Shown: positions 10,001 to 21,300 of the stretch, piece after piece
Layout of the letters: each line of letters begins with the position of its first letter
Position numbering within the stretch: the stretch's first letter is position 1
Assembly (NCBI GenBank): GCA_003344405.1
Contig: NOWV01000285.1
Span: forward strand, 1-64,000
DNA from: Trichoplax sp. H2
Taxonomy: Eukaryota
Length of the DNA stretch: 64,000 nt
Direction: 5' to 3'
The notes under the pieces: generated by a model
What the model was told of the DNA's origin: nothing
The model's input: only the letters and a program-made list of their open reading frames with translations
Databases searched by the model: none
Translations under genes and position numbers: made by a program

Positions 10001-11550
10001 TTATCGATATGAATTTTGTTTATGTTAGCTATCTTTAAAAAGCGATGAACAGAATCTTTTACCATATATTCAGCTTCATAATTACCACTTATTGCTTGTA
10101 TCATGGCCTTAATAGCTTCTAACATCCACGTACCACAAGTTGCATTTTCTTCCTGTTTTAGCTCTTCTGATGACAAGTCAATGGTATTCCAATTGCGATA
10201 TTTTTCAGTCATAAACTTCTTAACGACACTTTGAGTTTCTGTACTTTGCCCAAGTGAATCAAAGAAGTACGAAGACTGAGAATTCTTATCGATAACCAGT
10301 GCAACCCAGTGATCATTCCTCAATTTGAAAGGTGAAATAGTAAAACGCTTTCGCTTTATGCGGGTTGGAAGATTATCTTTAACAAACGGTTTCCCGTTTA
10401 CAACAATTACTGGTAAGATGTGGTAACTATCTGATTGATCCCAATTTGCTAACAAATCCAGTATGGTCGTATCGTTAAGAAATTTTTGATCTGGCTTTTG
10501 GGAAACTTTACTTATATGGACGTTAAGGGAATGAACTTTCTTGATCTGAATTTTCTTCAAACAGTCACCTACAATCGTCCTAATTTGATTCTCATCAGTA
10601 TTGGCCTGTCTTGCTTGTATAATGATTTTAATCGCTTCTAATAGCAGCGTACCACAAGTGCTATCGTTACTCATTTGCTTACACGGCACCGTAACCAAGT
10701 TAATAAGTTTGGGATTGCTAAAGGACCGATCAACGATTTCTTTAACAACACTAAAGTTTGGATCCTTCTCGTCTAGCGAGCTAAAAACGAATACACTTTG
10801 TTTCGTTTGAAATATTTGATCAATCACCAACACACCCCAATGACGATCCCCAAACCGGATTGGGACAATAATAAAGCGTTTATCCTTATTATGATCTTTG
10901 ATTTGTAAGCAGGCTGGTAATAGAATATTAATCTCTACTACTGGTAATAAATGATACGAAATGAGATACCTGCTATTAAGAGAGTGATCTATGGTATCTT
11001 TGAGCAAGCCGTTGTTCGATGAATTTCTTAGGATTTCCTCATGATCTCCCTTGATATCAGAGTTCTTTAAAGCCTTGCAAATCGATTTCTTTACGTGATT
11101 AATTAAGTAACTTTCGTCTATAATAGCGTGAATAGCTTCCAGCATTCGTGTGCTACATGTACTTTTATCTTTCTGTAATGGCTCGGTAAATGATAAGTCG
11201 AAAATGTCTGATTTAGGTCCAGCAATAGCTCGTTCGATGATACTTTTAACTACCTGTAATCTATTTTTATTTGTGCCAAGTGAATCAAAATAGAAAAGTA
11301 GTGATTTGAACGGAAAATTTTGCTTGATAATTAATACCACCCATTCTTTCGTTTTAAACACTATAGGGGCAATGATGAAGCGACTTTTACTCTTGATTGA
11401 AAATTTTATTCGCTCGACTAAAAGATTCATTTTAATATTATCGGGAGCATCAACGGCTGGTAAGATATCATCGAAGCTGTCATTGAGAAGGCCCTTATAC
11501 TTGGTATATAACAAATAGCCGATATCATCCTTGTTGAGCCACTCGTCCAT
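7096..11550 (-). CDS. Intronless 1484-aa protein: 4 x Ulp1/SENP-like (C48, CE-clan) protease domains + ABC-family ATPase + TOPRIM/DUF4435-like nuclease
   Basis: Four ~170-aa repeats carry WLN/FLND-type starts, (H)WxxLxI, FDS and TCG motifs. These are followed by GKNGCGKT, LSPGE, ILLDEPDAHLHP, IMTTHS, IFVEATDD, GLVDND, YSLENYIYDP and MRGHDL. The ORF runs ATG to stop without interruption, with an acceptor-like AAGCAG ~40 nt upstream of the ATG. Confidence 0.9.
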   Translation of the reverse strand: MDEWLNKDDIGYLLYTKYKGLLNDSFDDILPAVDAPDNIKMNLLVERIKFSIKSKSRFIIAPIVFKTKEWVVLIIKQNFPFKSLLFYFDSLGTNKNRLQVVKSIIERAIAGPKSDIFDLSFTEPLQKDKSTCSTRMLEAIHAIIDESYLINHVKKSICKALKNSDIKGDHEEILRNSSNNGLLKDTIDHSLNSRYLISYHLLPVVEINILLPACLQIKDHNKDKRFIIVPIRFGDRHWGVLVIDQIFQTKQSVFVFSSLDEKDPNFSVVKEIVDRSFSNPKLINLVTVPCKQMSNDSTCGTLLLEAIKIIIQARQANTDENQIRTIVGDCLKKIQIKKVHSLNVHISKVSQKPDQKFLNDTTILDLLANWDQSDSYHILPVIVVNGKPFVKDNLPTRIKRKRFTISPFKLRNDHWVALVIDKNSQSSYFFDSLGQSTETQSVVKKFMTEKYRNWNTIDLSSEELKQEENATCGTWMLEAIKAMIQAISGNYEAEYMVKDSVHRFLKIANINKIHIDNLTKQRQYSDEKDKDVINDGYLGIDDLRHLLHSSLIPYKVLSAMTVKDSNLSKLIIKSMKSNDKHCIIAPIQIENNHWVALVIKQNIGAKPSVFYFDSHSTYEDNLRDIRQNIDQNGKKFDIVVLEFKRNNRCNYACGIQMMEAINCIINEVANGPTDGQIIKVNVCKSLAKKNIEEIHKNNLQIKNVKLCEGFSDKECRKPGYLVRMQFMDNKTNVKNLHAPFCWRNIPKLAVITGKNGCGKTALLDAIRQGHDTKTDKSVKQDYGIELDVSGDSGCNLPQIYAHSADSKFVGSSMRTYGDSYKASENSNDLALDLIFYNKSKKEQKPYTLKFPKYESLFDQIIKQVDDMDKFSSIENLGRDYQTIFDHELEECINGQVGLHLTSYATLDQYPKYLLENGTKLQDLNDHLNRNGFKYILSNDCLENDKFSQLMLNIESDSKNIKSEDLSPGERLELLTLLWRFETKVWKKSNVGAIILLDEPDAHLHPGLVKEMIETIKTKLISKLDIQIIMTTHSPTTVSLVPQDSIYIISEDSSRRKQVKIEKAKSKEQAIQLLTSEFVHVSLPFRLIFVEATDDEHFYQMIVNKLIQKQLFIPSIPLKFHSHGYSLKKHSPDEDGNITTEDSSRQIVERLVGFCADPKIAKENRDYSLTGFIFGLVDNDNMGKSTLNNIKCLEDRYSLENYIYDPVYLYYYFRKKDNLVEIEKEVNSKLGLKSHPVRLSKYCEDGDTKTNTRVLQIIIDIIYDKLVKTIEGFVLLNKTINFADLALKLISYRNNIKVLTGKLSENEEFAQKIEKDMKILKQKCKLNNNQSYEKDNDQNNIQNLAQGNSQGNKQGYFQGQLIHKIEIILENMNAECKDFDHKLKGLYDYADSINKAIGRLKRNSFLEDGDTLIPDRIQISFEKKIILSYPKVILKMRGHDLVMFYKETFKSMPNASNMIRFLRNENFLIPSDLVKILKELQTSHV

Positions 11551-11724
11551 TTTTCCGATGGTTTATGTGCAGCCTGAACTTCTACACCTGCTTAAATTAA
11601 ATGGCGATAGGTATAGTTCCAATACTAATTCGACTAGATTGTAATATAAGAGTATGTACTCATATCAACAATTACTGTATAATTATTTAGTCTTTTCATG
11701 ACTTTCATCAACTCTGGTGATGCG

Positions 11725-11880
11725 GTACAGTAGAATCAATTAACATTTACATCTGAATTGATCCAATCAATGATTGGAATCACGTGCTAGATTACCCGCG
11801 ATTGTCTTAACAAATCTCATCGTACCGTAGATCAAAATTAATATTTACATTTGAATTAATTTAGTGTAATGATTGGTTAG
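11725..11880. promoter_or_regulatory. Candidate promoter of the 1484-aa gene: imperfect ~55-bp duplication with CCAAT/ATTGG boxes and CACGTG
   Basis: 11725-11777 resembles 11822-11876. CCAATCAATGATTGG is at 11763-11777 and CACGTG at 11781-11786, ~200-300 bp upstream of the ATG. Confidence 0.3.
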
Positions 11881-12342
11881 CATATATCATGTTATTCAAT
11901 AAATAAGCAAAAGTACAAAATAATCAATATGTCAGTGCCTTTAAATAAGCACTTCCATATCGACACAAATAGTTTATATGCAACCATTTAAGAATTTCGA
12001 TGTGTTGACGTAGATCTCCCATTTCTATTTCTATATGACATAAATGAATTTATCATCATCCTTCACAACTCGTAATTATAACCATCGATTAGTTTCGAAA
12101 TTTTTCTACATTAATGAACTGACAAGAATAAAATGTACGGTCGTAGCCTGGAAGCGTAAACTGTTAATCAACAAATAGATATATATAATGTCAACTATAT
12201 ATAAACTATAAATCTTAAACCTTTACAAATCTCTGAGCTAGTTTAAGTAGTTTACAGTAGGATATTCATAGTTATTTGTAAACAATTCTTGAGATATTTA
12301 AGGAAATCCAATAGTGAAATGATTAATTATTCCCACGATAGT

Positions 12343-12600
12343 CGAAAATGTCTTGCTGTATCGTCTGATTACTTATTATTTTGAAATTTAAAATAAATCA
12401 ATCGAATTGATGTAAGTGGTTTCTTTATTAAATACTATCACATTATCTGAAAATTCTATCAGAATGACCGATAAATTTATGAATTAAAGTCAATGAAATT
12501 ATTGCTGGCCTCATAAATCGTTTCATATTGACTACCTGTAGGGTAAAGCATTCATCTTTATTGTAAAACTTTTAGGGATTAAATGTGAAATAGAAATTTT
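12343..12600 (+). repeat. Interspersed repeat, copy 2
   Basis: Homologous to 5231-5488, same orientation. Confidence 0.75.
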
Positions 12601-12947
12601 GCAAAGCCTAATTTATATTGCAAAAGTAAAGAGAAACAATTTTTATATTACTTTTGGATCGCTGGTCAGTTCATTTGGTGTTATTTTTTTAGTTCAATAT
12701 TTAAACAGAGGCGACACAAACAAGATTAATTGCTGCTAGGCCTTCGGGAATAATAGGATGGCAGATGATAATGTTACTTATAGATTTCAGTAGGAGTTTA
12801 ATCAATGCTGTTCCGAATCTTTCGTAAATATTACATTCATCACCCATCTATTTACATATATCACAATTCAAATCCATGGTTACTTTAATTAAAAAATGGT
12901 GAAACAGATCTTACTAAGCCATGAAGAGATGGGAAAGGAAAAATGTC

Positions 12948-13368
12948 TACGAATTAATAGAAGATAAAGACTGTATATTTTGAAAAAAATATTACGTAAT
13001 CTTATCCTAAAGCGACATGAAACATAATAGTTAAGCTCTATAAGTTGATCTTTGCAACCTTATCAGACAAAATAAAACAATTAACGATTTTCTTTAAAGA
13101 AGCATTTGTGATGCCTATCGAAGTAATAAACTTATTTAAGTAGCTTGTAAAATCTGAAATTTACAATGGCAATCCATCAATGAACTCGAAAAACGGAAAG
13201 GAACAACCGACAGCGAAGATCTTCCCTCTGCACGCGAAAGTAAAAAACTAAGTACTAGTTTGATCGATGCGAATAACATTGAACTCGTTGTACCTGCAGA
13301 TATTTTTATTCCGTCAAGAAATAGGATGCATTATGAAATAGACAATTATGAAAATGAAATTTACTAAA
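12948..13368 (+). pseudogene. Inverted, decayed C-terminal part of an ATPase-TOPRIM paralog
   Basis: YELIE../TVYFEKNIT*SYPKAT*NIIVKLYKLIFATL...AFVMPIEVINLFK* aligns to YELIK..DVRFENNITLSYPKVILKMRGHDLVTFYTAIFPSL...RFLIPLDLIDIFKS of gene 1. An open tail LQWQSINELEKRK... follows. Confidence 0.7.
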
Positions 13369-13409
13369 TTAAGATAAACTACTGATACAGCTTTGTTGTG
13401 TTTGGCTGT

Positions 13410-13505
13410 TTCTAATTAAGCTATTCCCAGTTCGTGTTGCATTGCCTTTTCAATCTTAATCTTATGACAGCGTTCCCGTACCCAATATTCTAACATATAT
13501 AATTA
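13410..13505 (-). pseudogene. Possible remnant of the post-H-loop segment of the ATPase
   Basis: LYMLE...KIKIEKAMQHELGIA*L vs IYIISE...QVKIEKAKSKEQAIQLL. The 16-nt TTGCCTTTTCAATCTT is identical to 8361-8376. Confidence 0.4.
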
Positions 13506-16500
13506 CATAACGATACTTTAAGCTTTCTAGTACCCTCAGATATGATAGGCTTACAAAAGATTCTTTATAGCACTTCGTAAATGAACAGCAAAAGTCTAAC
13601 ATGTGTAACTTAAAGCAAATCCTATCGGTAACTGTTGTACTCCAATATTAATTGATGCTTAAGATCAAATACGTTTTAATGGCTATTTGAAGTGATTTCT
13701 GTGTTATCGCTTTCTCATTATGACGAATTATTAAATACACTTTAATCTTAAGAATTCCACTTTAGTCTATGGAATTACTGAAAACAATACAGCAGTGTAA
13801 TTCAGCAACGAAGCTATGATTTGCGTGGTTAACAAAATACAAATAGTAATGTTTAGCCGGAAAATATCCAGTCTTTATTAGGCTTAACTTATCCATTAGC
13901 GCAATGATAAATCTACATAATACTGTACCTTCATTAAACTATTAAAGTAAGCGAAATTGTAATAATATATTAAGGACATTATATAATGAAATTAATACGA
14001 CATAATATATAAACTGCCATAGATGACTTGAGTAATTGATTATTGGGTTTTATTAGTTGTACGTTGACTTATCAAAGTACATTACATCAAATTAAGTCCT
14101 TAATTTAACGGCTTGGAGTTTTATAGCTAGTGTTATAGTAGGTATTAGTCAGTCTTATAATGGAGGTCTTACACCAGTTTCAAAGCGTTTCTGTAAATCC
14201 AGAAGCCATAATATCGATGCAGATATTCATAAGTAAAAGGAGAATTCAACAAAAACAAGGATAAATAATGCATCTTATGCGTGTATGTTAAGCATAAATT
14301 TTGGTTAATGGATGGAAAAGGCCACTGGCTTTAGACTATCAGTAAAAATATGCTAACCAAGACTCACTTTTCAATCTTATTTCTATGTTACTGTATCCGG
14401 TATCAAAGGGAAATCAAAAACAATTGCAATGCTGCGAGGTGCGATGCAAAACACTAATGCATAGTACAACATTCTATAGCCAAAGACTTTTTTCCATACA
14501 GTGGTGCGAGTAGGAAATTCTTGTTGCACTCAGCTGCTGCAGCTGCAAGTATCCATCCACATCTTCAATTCAAAAATTAAAGGGAAAAGTATGTAAAATG
14601 TATTTCAATCCTTTGCCTACAAATCTTTTCGCTCTATTTTACAACAAACTATTCTTTAACAATCTTACTCCTGTAACAGTTCTGTAAGGATTATTTACCA
14701 AATTTTGTTCGAATCCTTGGAGTTTTACTTAATAGGTTTAACTTACAATTGTAGCTTCTAGTGTTTTGCATTTGAACAAATGCAGTACACTGGTAGCTTC
14801 TACTTTGACGATTATAACACATTTTAATTACACAAATTGTACTTTCTCAGTTCTCTCGTTGGGCATGATCTTATCCTCAAATAAAAGTTGTACACCGTTG
14901 TATCGTGAGCTATTCTTGGTCTTATAAAACAATGTAAAATTGGTTTTCGTCTCTGGATTTCTATAATTAAACTAGCTCTCTAGTTGTTTATTATAAGCTT
15001 TATTCCAAAAATGGATACTACTAGTCTCTCGTACACTTACATAAAAGGCAGTTAAAAAGCAAGCAATCACCTGCCTAAGAAGCTATAATTAACAATCTAG
15101 CAACCCTATCACTTATATAGATAGAGATCTACTAGCACAGTAGTCTACATGCTTCTATTACGATGTAGTTGAACCATGATAATTAGATTGAATCAACAGG
15201 CTCTTATTTTAAAATTGTAAATCAAGCTTATCGTCCTTTTGTACTCCAGAAAGTACAAATCAAAACTGAGGTATAAGAATAATAATTCCTGGACTATAGC
15301 TGTTCATAATAAGTAACTTGAACATATATTTCCAATTTAGTTTATAACCCTTGCCTTTACCACTACAAAAAGGTGAAAATTATTAGTGACGAGTTATCAA
15401 TTATGATATACTGCCTCATATATAGTACTCAGCAAATTTCGTTAATCTTTCTTACTGTTACCTAAGAGTAGACGAAATTTCGGTTTAGTTCAGCGGCTAT
15501 CTCAATGCATATAATGATTTAAAGGAATGATTAAGTAACGTAGCAGGATTTAGGTGTAAGAGAAGGTTATCAATAAAATAGATGATTAGTTATAAATTGT
15601 GATTATATTACATAATGCTCAAGCTTAGCTTACTATTAGTCTTCTATTACTATCTGAAAGAAACTTTATAAGTGCAAGAATATTTCGACTTGATATTCTG
15701 CTACTAAACTGACTAGTATCGGTTGCTTAGGTGGCACATACATATATAATAGCGAAAACTTTTATCGAGTAGAGAGTTCAGTAAAGCGGTTGGTTATCAT
15801 ATTGACAGTATACTAATAATATGGACAATAATTATCGTAGAGGAGTTAAGTAAATCTAACAGTTTCAGCTTGTGATAAATTAATTAATAGTATAAACAAA
15901 GAAATTATCGGAAATTTGCACATTGTATCAAAATTATTCCTAGTATATTAATAAAAACCAACAAATTTATAAATTGAGTTTATAAATCTTCAACTTTGCT
16001 TATAATTTTCTATTCTATTCAGTATCCGTCGCACCACTAAAATGGTCATTGATGAATAATGGAAAATTCTGTATGGTGTAAGTAGTTATAGCAAATACTA
16101 ACGATGCTATTAAAACGAAACGTAAAATCTCTAATTATCAAAATTATGTTATCAGTACACGGATGATTAACTAGTCATAAGTCAAATCTATCTCGCTATG
16201 AGATATTATGAAATCTAGCTGGTATACGGGTATATGATATGAAATAATAATGATGTCATTACTATACGGTATAACAATAAAATAAGCGAGTCTGGTTCAA
16301 AATTGTCAGCAATCAGTTGCTTTAATATAACATTTAATGATAATTTTCTATTTTAATTTACACATAGTGATATGTATGCTTTTGAGAATTAAACTATATG
16401 TTTCATTAACTTTGTAGAGCGCAATGGGATAGACAAAATTAAAAATTTAATTTTCTTCTAGTTTTAGACAGAGAAACAAATATACTAACTGCACCATCTG

Positions 16501-17953
16501 TACGTATACGATAATACGCATCGAGTAGATTAAAAAATAATTAATTACGATTTTTCTCTTTTATATTCTCTAAAAAAGTGAAAATGATATCACAATGAAA
16601 ATTAATTAAAAAGCTTTTAGTAAATAATATTAGTTACGTTGCTGAAGGATAGAATAGAAAAGAATTATATCGCATTTCGTTTCAATACGATTCCCAAATG
16701 CTAACCTTAGTTACGATAATAACATAGCTATCCTCAAATCTCTTCATTGATAGAGGACGGAATGGTAATTTAAATAACAAGAAATTAACAACATTTATGG
16801 GAAATGATTCATTTCAAATAATAGCGCTATTGTATAATAAAACTAACATATCAAGCTTCAATATAGATAGTATGAACTGAAACCACCGTTATGATAAAGC
16901 AAAATCGATTACCTACATAATAATCAAAGCAATCGAAAGCAAAAAGAAATATTCATTTTTATTTAATCCGCTATTGTCCTAATGTGATATTCTTAGAATC
17001 GATTTCGCGTATTACATTTCAATAACGGTTAACTTATAAAATCGGTTCTCTTACCAACTTCTTGAAGTCATCTCGTCTTTCTGCACGATTCGATCTGTAC
17101 ATTTGATATCAGCATACACGTATGTAGATGTGAAACTACGTATAATGTGGCTGAAGAACGAAAAAATATAAATTGTACCTTAAATACAATTTTTTCTAAC
17201 ACTTAAACTCTTTCGGGAAAACTCCCTATAAAACTCCCTATAAAATTGTTTAGGCAAACATTAATCAATCTTGAATTTTAATTAGTGAATAATTGTACAT
17301 AATTCTCCGGATTATTCGCCTATTTCATTCTACCATAGCATTGTTTTCATTATATCTATAGAATTTCGTATTTAATAAAAATTTTATCTAATTAACTTTT
17401 TGACAAATGGAAATTGTTAGTCTAACCTTTTCTTTCAGTTAAATTCTGTAAAATTTTGTTTTTTGAGGCTTAAAAGTCTACTTCTTAAACTGGTCTTCTT
17501 GGAATTATTATACATTATCATTAACTTAAAAGGTTACTAAATAAGATAATTACGAATTTTATGACGCCTACATACGTGGTGCTGATACAAACTAAATTAT
17601 GAAATTATGGCAATGCCAACAATAATATAAAAGCAACTGTATTAATTTCATTACATCAAGTTATTGAAAGATACTATCTAAATTTATTCTGGCAATTGTT
17701 TACTTTTCTTGACTTTATTAAGTTATTTGTTCTTAATTACGACAATTATTCGTCTTTGGTATTGTCATGGTACTGCGTTACCAATTAAATAGTTATTGAT
17801 TTGTGAATAATGAATACCTTGAATAGTCTAGATAAGGTCATATTCTATATTTGATATTTAATTTTGGTGAGCTTGTAATTAATATTGCAGCAGTGAAATA
17901 ATGGTATAAAATACAAAGCATTGCGAGTTAATTTACTGTAGATTGAAAGGTAC

Positions 17954-18336
17954 GTTAAGTTCTAATAGTTGAACTGCACATGGTCGGAGGATGAGTATTT
18001 TAACACCTGATAGCCCATAGCTACTTAGGTCCCAGAATATCTACATATCTATAAGCTAAAGTACATAAATTTACTCCAGTTAACACTGAAATTCATTATA
18101 TGAATCGATTTTAGCGCCTGTGGTAGTAGAATAAAAGTAGCAATTGCTTCAGTATACAGGAGTCGTAACGTAAAGAAAAGTGTAGCAATTAATCAGTACC
18201 TGCGGAGTACAGCCGAGAAATGAAATTCTCATATTTCGCAGGCATAGAGACTGGAAATACTGGGAAAGTAGCCCTAGTTATCGTGCTTACGCTAAAGTTC
18301 TTTGCAAATCTTTCCCCATAAGTGAGCGTTGTGACA
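17954..18336 (+). mobile_element. Solo LTR candidate (~383 bp)
   Basis: Flanked by GGTAC at 17949-17953 and 18337-18341. It ends TTGTGACA and starts GTTAAG (initial T lost or mutated). AATAAA is at 18130-18135. Confidence 0.5.
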
Positions 18337-21300
18337 GGTACATGCAGTATAATGGTACAGTTAAATAACAGATTCTTAATATTCTACGCTAAGTTGATAA
18401 AGAACTCGATGGTAGTTTTGCTAAAAATTTTATGCTAGCTGTATTACAAAGGTTCTTTCCGACGCACCCATTATGAATACTTTGGCTGATTAATTATGGA
18501 GGTGGTATTAAATATAAAATTCAATCCCTTTTTCTTTACCTTTTCAACTCAACATAGTGCTACTTGCATATTTATTAGAGAATAACTTATAGCGATTAAA
18601 AAACATCACAAATCATTTCGTTCATTAGTTTACACGAGGACCTTCATAGGAAACACGTACAGTAGTAAGAATCACATTAAATAAAATTAGTTATAATAAA
18701 GAATGATATAATTTATTGTCAACAGTCGTTATTTAGCTGTCTATCGATCAATGATATTATAATTTATCTGGTAGGGCTGGCGATAAACAACCACAGCGAA
18801 TAAAGTAAGATGCAACAAATCTATTATCATTTACAACTAACCATTGTTGTCTGTAATCATCTCATAACGGTCTATCGAGCTACAAATATACTTGAAACGA
18901 GATATTTGTATATAACTACGTCAAATAAAATTCATGATAAAGATACTACAGGATCATCGTTTTGTATTTGTTTCATTTATTAAAAATTAACATTAACTAA
19001 ATTATTAGCAATCATTCCGTAATTACTAACCTGGTTTTAAGCTTATAACAAATTAGTTACTAGCATATAGCCTGCAAATTGAAATTAGGTATAAGAAAGA
19101 TACTGCATAATAATCAGATTGTAAGTTATTTGTTAACAATTAATATCATGTTGTTTATCAGCCTTTACTCTTTAACTGTTCTCCAGTGTGCATGTTTATC
19201 AGAATACTTACATAATAAATGATTATACGAAATAATAATCATCCTATAATTTACTTTGCTAATAAAAGCATCACGTTATCCTAGCTGATTATTCCATAAC
19301 TGCTTCCCAGGCTGTAAGTTTCTCAGAAGAGGGCTAGAGTATGGTTGTGTCAAATGAAGTTGAATATGCCGTAACAGCAATAAAGATACTTTAGAATAAT
19401 TAGGTCATAATTTATTGGCGAATAATTAAAATCAAGTTATTATCGCCACTTATTCTTTAATTGTTTCTTAAAGTAAAAAGTTAATAATAAGGCTACCTCG
19501 AAGGTTTAATAAAAATCACTAAAATTTATCGTCTTTATAATAACAACAGCCCTTCTGTAATTGGCAACCTTTTTGTAGATTATATGAATTTCAAAAAAGT
19601 AACTTAATAGTTACTAACCATAGCTAATTAATACAGTATGAATAAGATCAGGTAAGCTATGGAAAGTACTTAAAACCAATCATCATGTTGAAAATGTCTA
19701 TTAAATCATGCATTTATAAGAAATTAGTTTATAGTAAATAATTATGGTAGATAAGGTAAAGCAATATATGATAATAATCCTATAATTTACAGCTAGTAAT
19801 CATTTTCAGCTGTTATCCTGAAATTGTCTATCGAATTACGTATTTATAAGAAATTAGATGATGATAGGTAATCATACCCTATGAGGTTAAGGAACATAAT
19901 ATAGATCTTATAGTTTACAGCAAATTGTTACGTAAATACTCATAGTCTTTGTATATATATATTGTCAAATCTGTAGATTAATAATTAATAAATTGATGGT
20001 AAAGGTTCGTATCAATGAAAATGAGCGCGTTGTCTTAGTTAATTTTAGAGAAGAAATCATTTGTTACGAATAATATCAATATCTATTCTTTAAATACTAA
20101 TTTAATACTTCTACTTAATGTAAGGATTCCATACTTCTGTAAATATTACCAATACGCTATGACAATGTGCATACAGATCTAATCAAAGATTTTATACTTC
20201 TTAATACTTTAATTACCATTGATAGACTAGTTAACCGGTTAGAACTCCTTATTCATCGGTGATATAAAGTGTCACCCTCCATAATGGATAGTATACAATA
20301 GATAGCACCATACTATTTACGTAAGTAACTAAAAGTATTTAATAATTAATTAACAAGAGACGGTCAGGATTGGATTAATAGATCGGTTGGCCGAAAAATA
20401 TTATTCTCGATTTACTCTAATTTATGTTGTGTTGATGATACCACATCTGCTGTTATGACGTTCTCATTACAATTAGCTTAATAATTAATTAATAGATCTA
20501 TTAGGTTATAAGAGTCATTTGTAAGATACCTTACGACTCATTTAGAATTTGAAATATATTTTCTTATTTTGGATGTCATTATTTTAGTCTTTGTAGTTTA
20601 ATTGCGTAAATTTATAATATAATCTATGCTGTAAACAAATTTATTTCATTTAATCGATACAATTTATAAATAATAGCTTGCTCTGAATTTCATCCTTTTT
20701 CTTAGGGTCTGTTATAAAATTTGCAGCTACACTGCAGCAATCAATCTTTATTTTTCACTACCTGTTTAGTGGATTAAGAAAAAATGAACATCAAAATATA
20801 AAAATTTCATAAATAGCTTACACTTACAAATTCTATCTAGTTCAGTTCTCTAGTGTGATACAGTATTACTTAATGTGGATTTTTTCTCTGTAATAACATT
20901 AAGCTATAATACAACGATTGTAATTAAGTAAATAACATAAAAATTATACTGTTTCACAGCCAAACATAAATTTGGCCGCTCCTGAATAAGTCAGTCGATG
21001 AGTTATAATGCTGTCTTGATAAATGCCGAAATTGAACAATGAATGATTGGAAATGCCTAAAGTAATTGACATATAAAATATCATGAAAGAAAATGATATA
21101 ATATTTCTCTTTCATATTTATCTTTGATAACGTCTCGAACATTTTTAATGACCGCACCCATAGAATATGCAGTATTTGTCCTACACGGAAAAGATAGCAG
21201 CTGCAAAATAATGTATGGTATTTATTAACAAATTAATGAAGAATATTATGAATATTACTAATTTATTGACAGCCTGTCATCAGCTGATTTGAAAAAAGGA

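Noticed and set aside
1142..11550. ABC transporter or Rad50/SMC call; bacterial contaminant contig
   Set aside because: There are no transmembrane domains and no long coiled coil or zinc hook between the Walker motifs. The region is contiguous with spliced animal genes and surrounded by pseudogenes.
9450..11550. Ulp1 domains as cargo of a Mutator/CACTA-type DNA transposon
   Set aside because: No DDE transposase, TIRs or TSD were recognised around the cluster. An ancestral transposon origin cannot be excluded.
12690..12885. Minus-strand near-open frame MDLNCDICK*MGDECNIYERFGTALIKLL...
   Set aside because: It has an internal stop and no recognisable family.
19080..19930. Degenerate ~130-bp direct repeats (ATTTATAAGAAATTAG; ATCCTATAATTTAC)
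   Set aside because: Too degenerate and AT-rich to define units. No constant repeat-spacer pattern, so not CRISPR-like.
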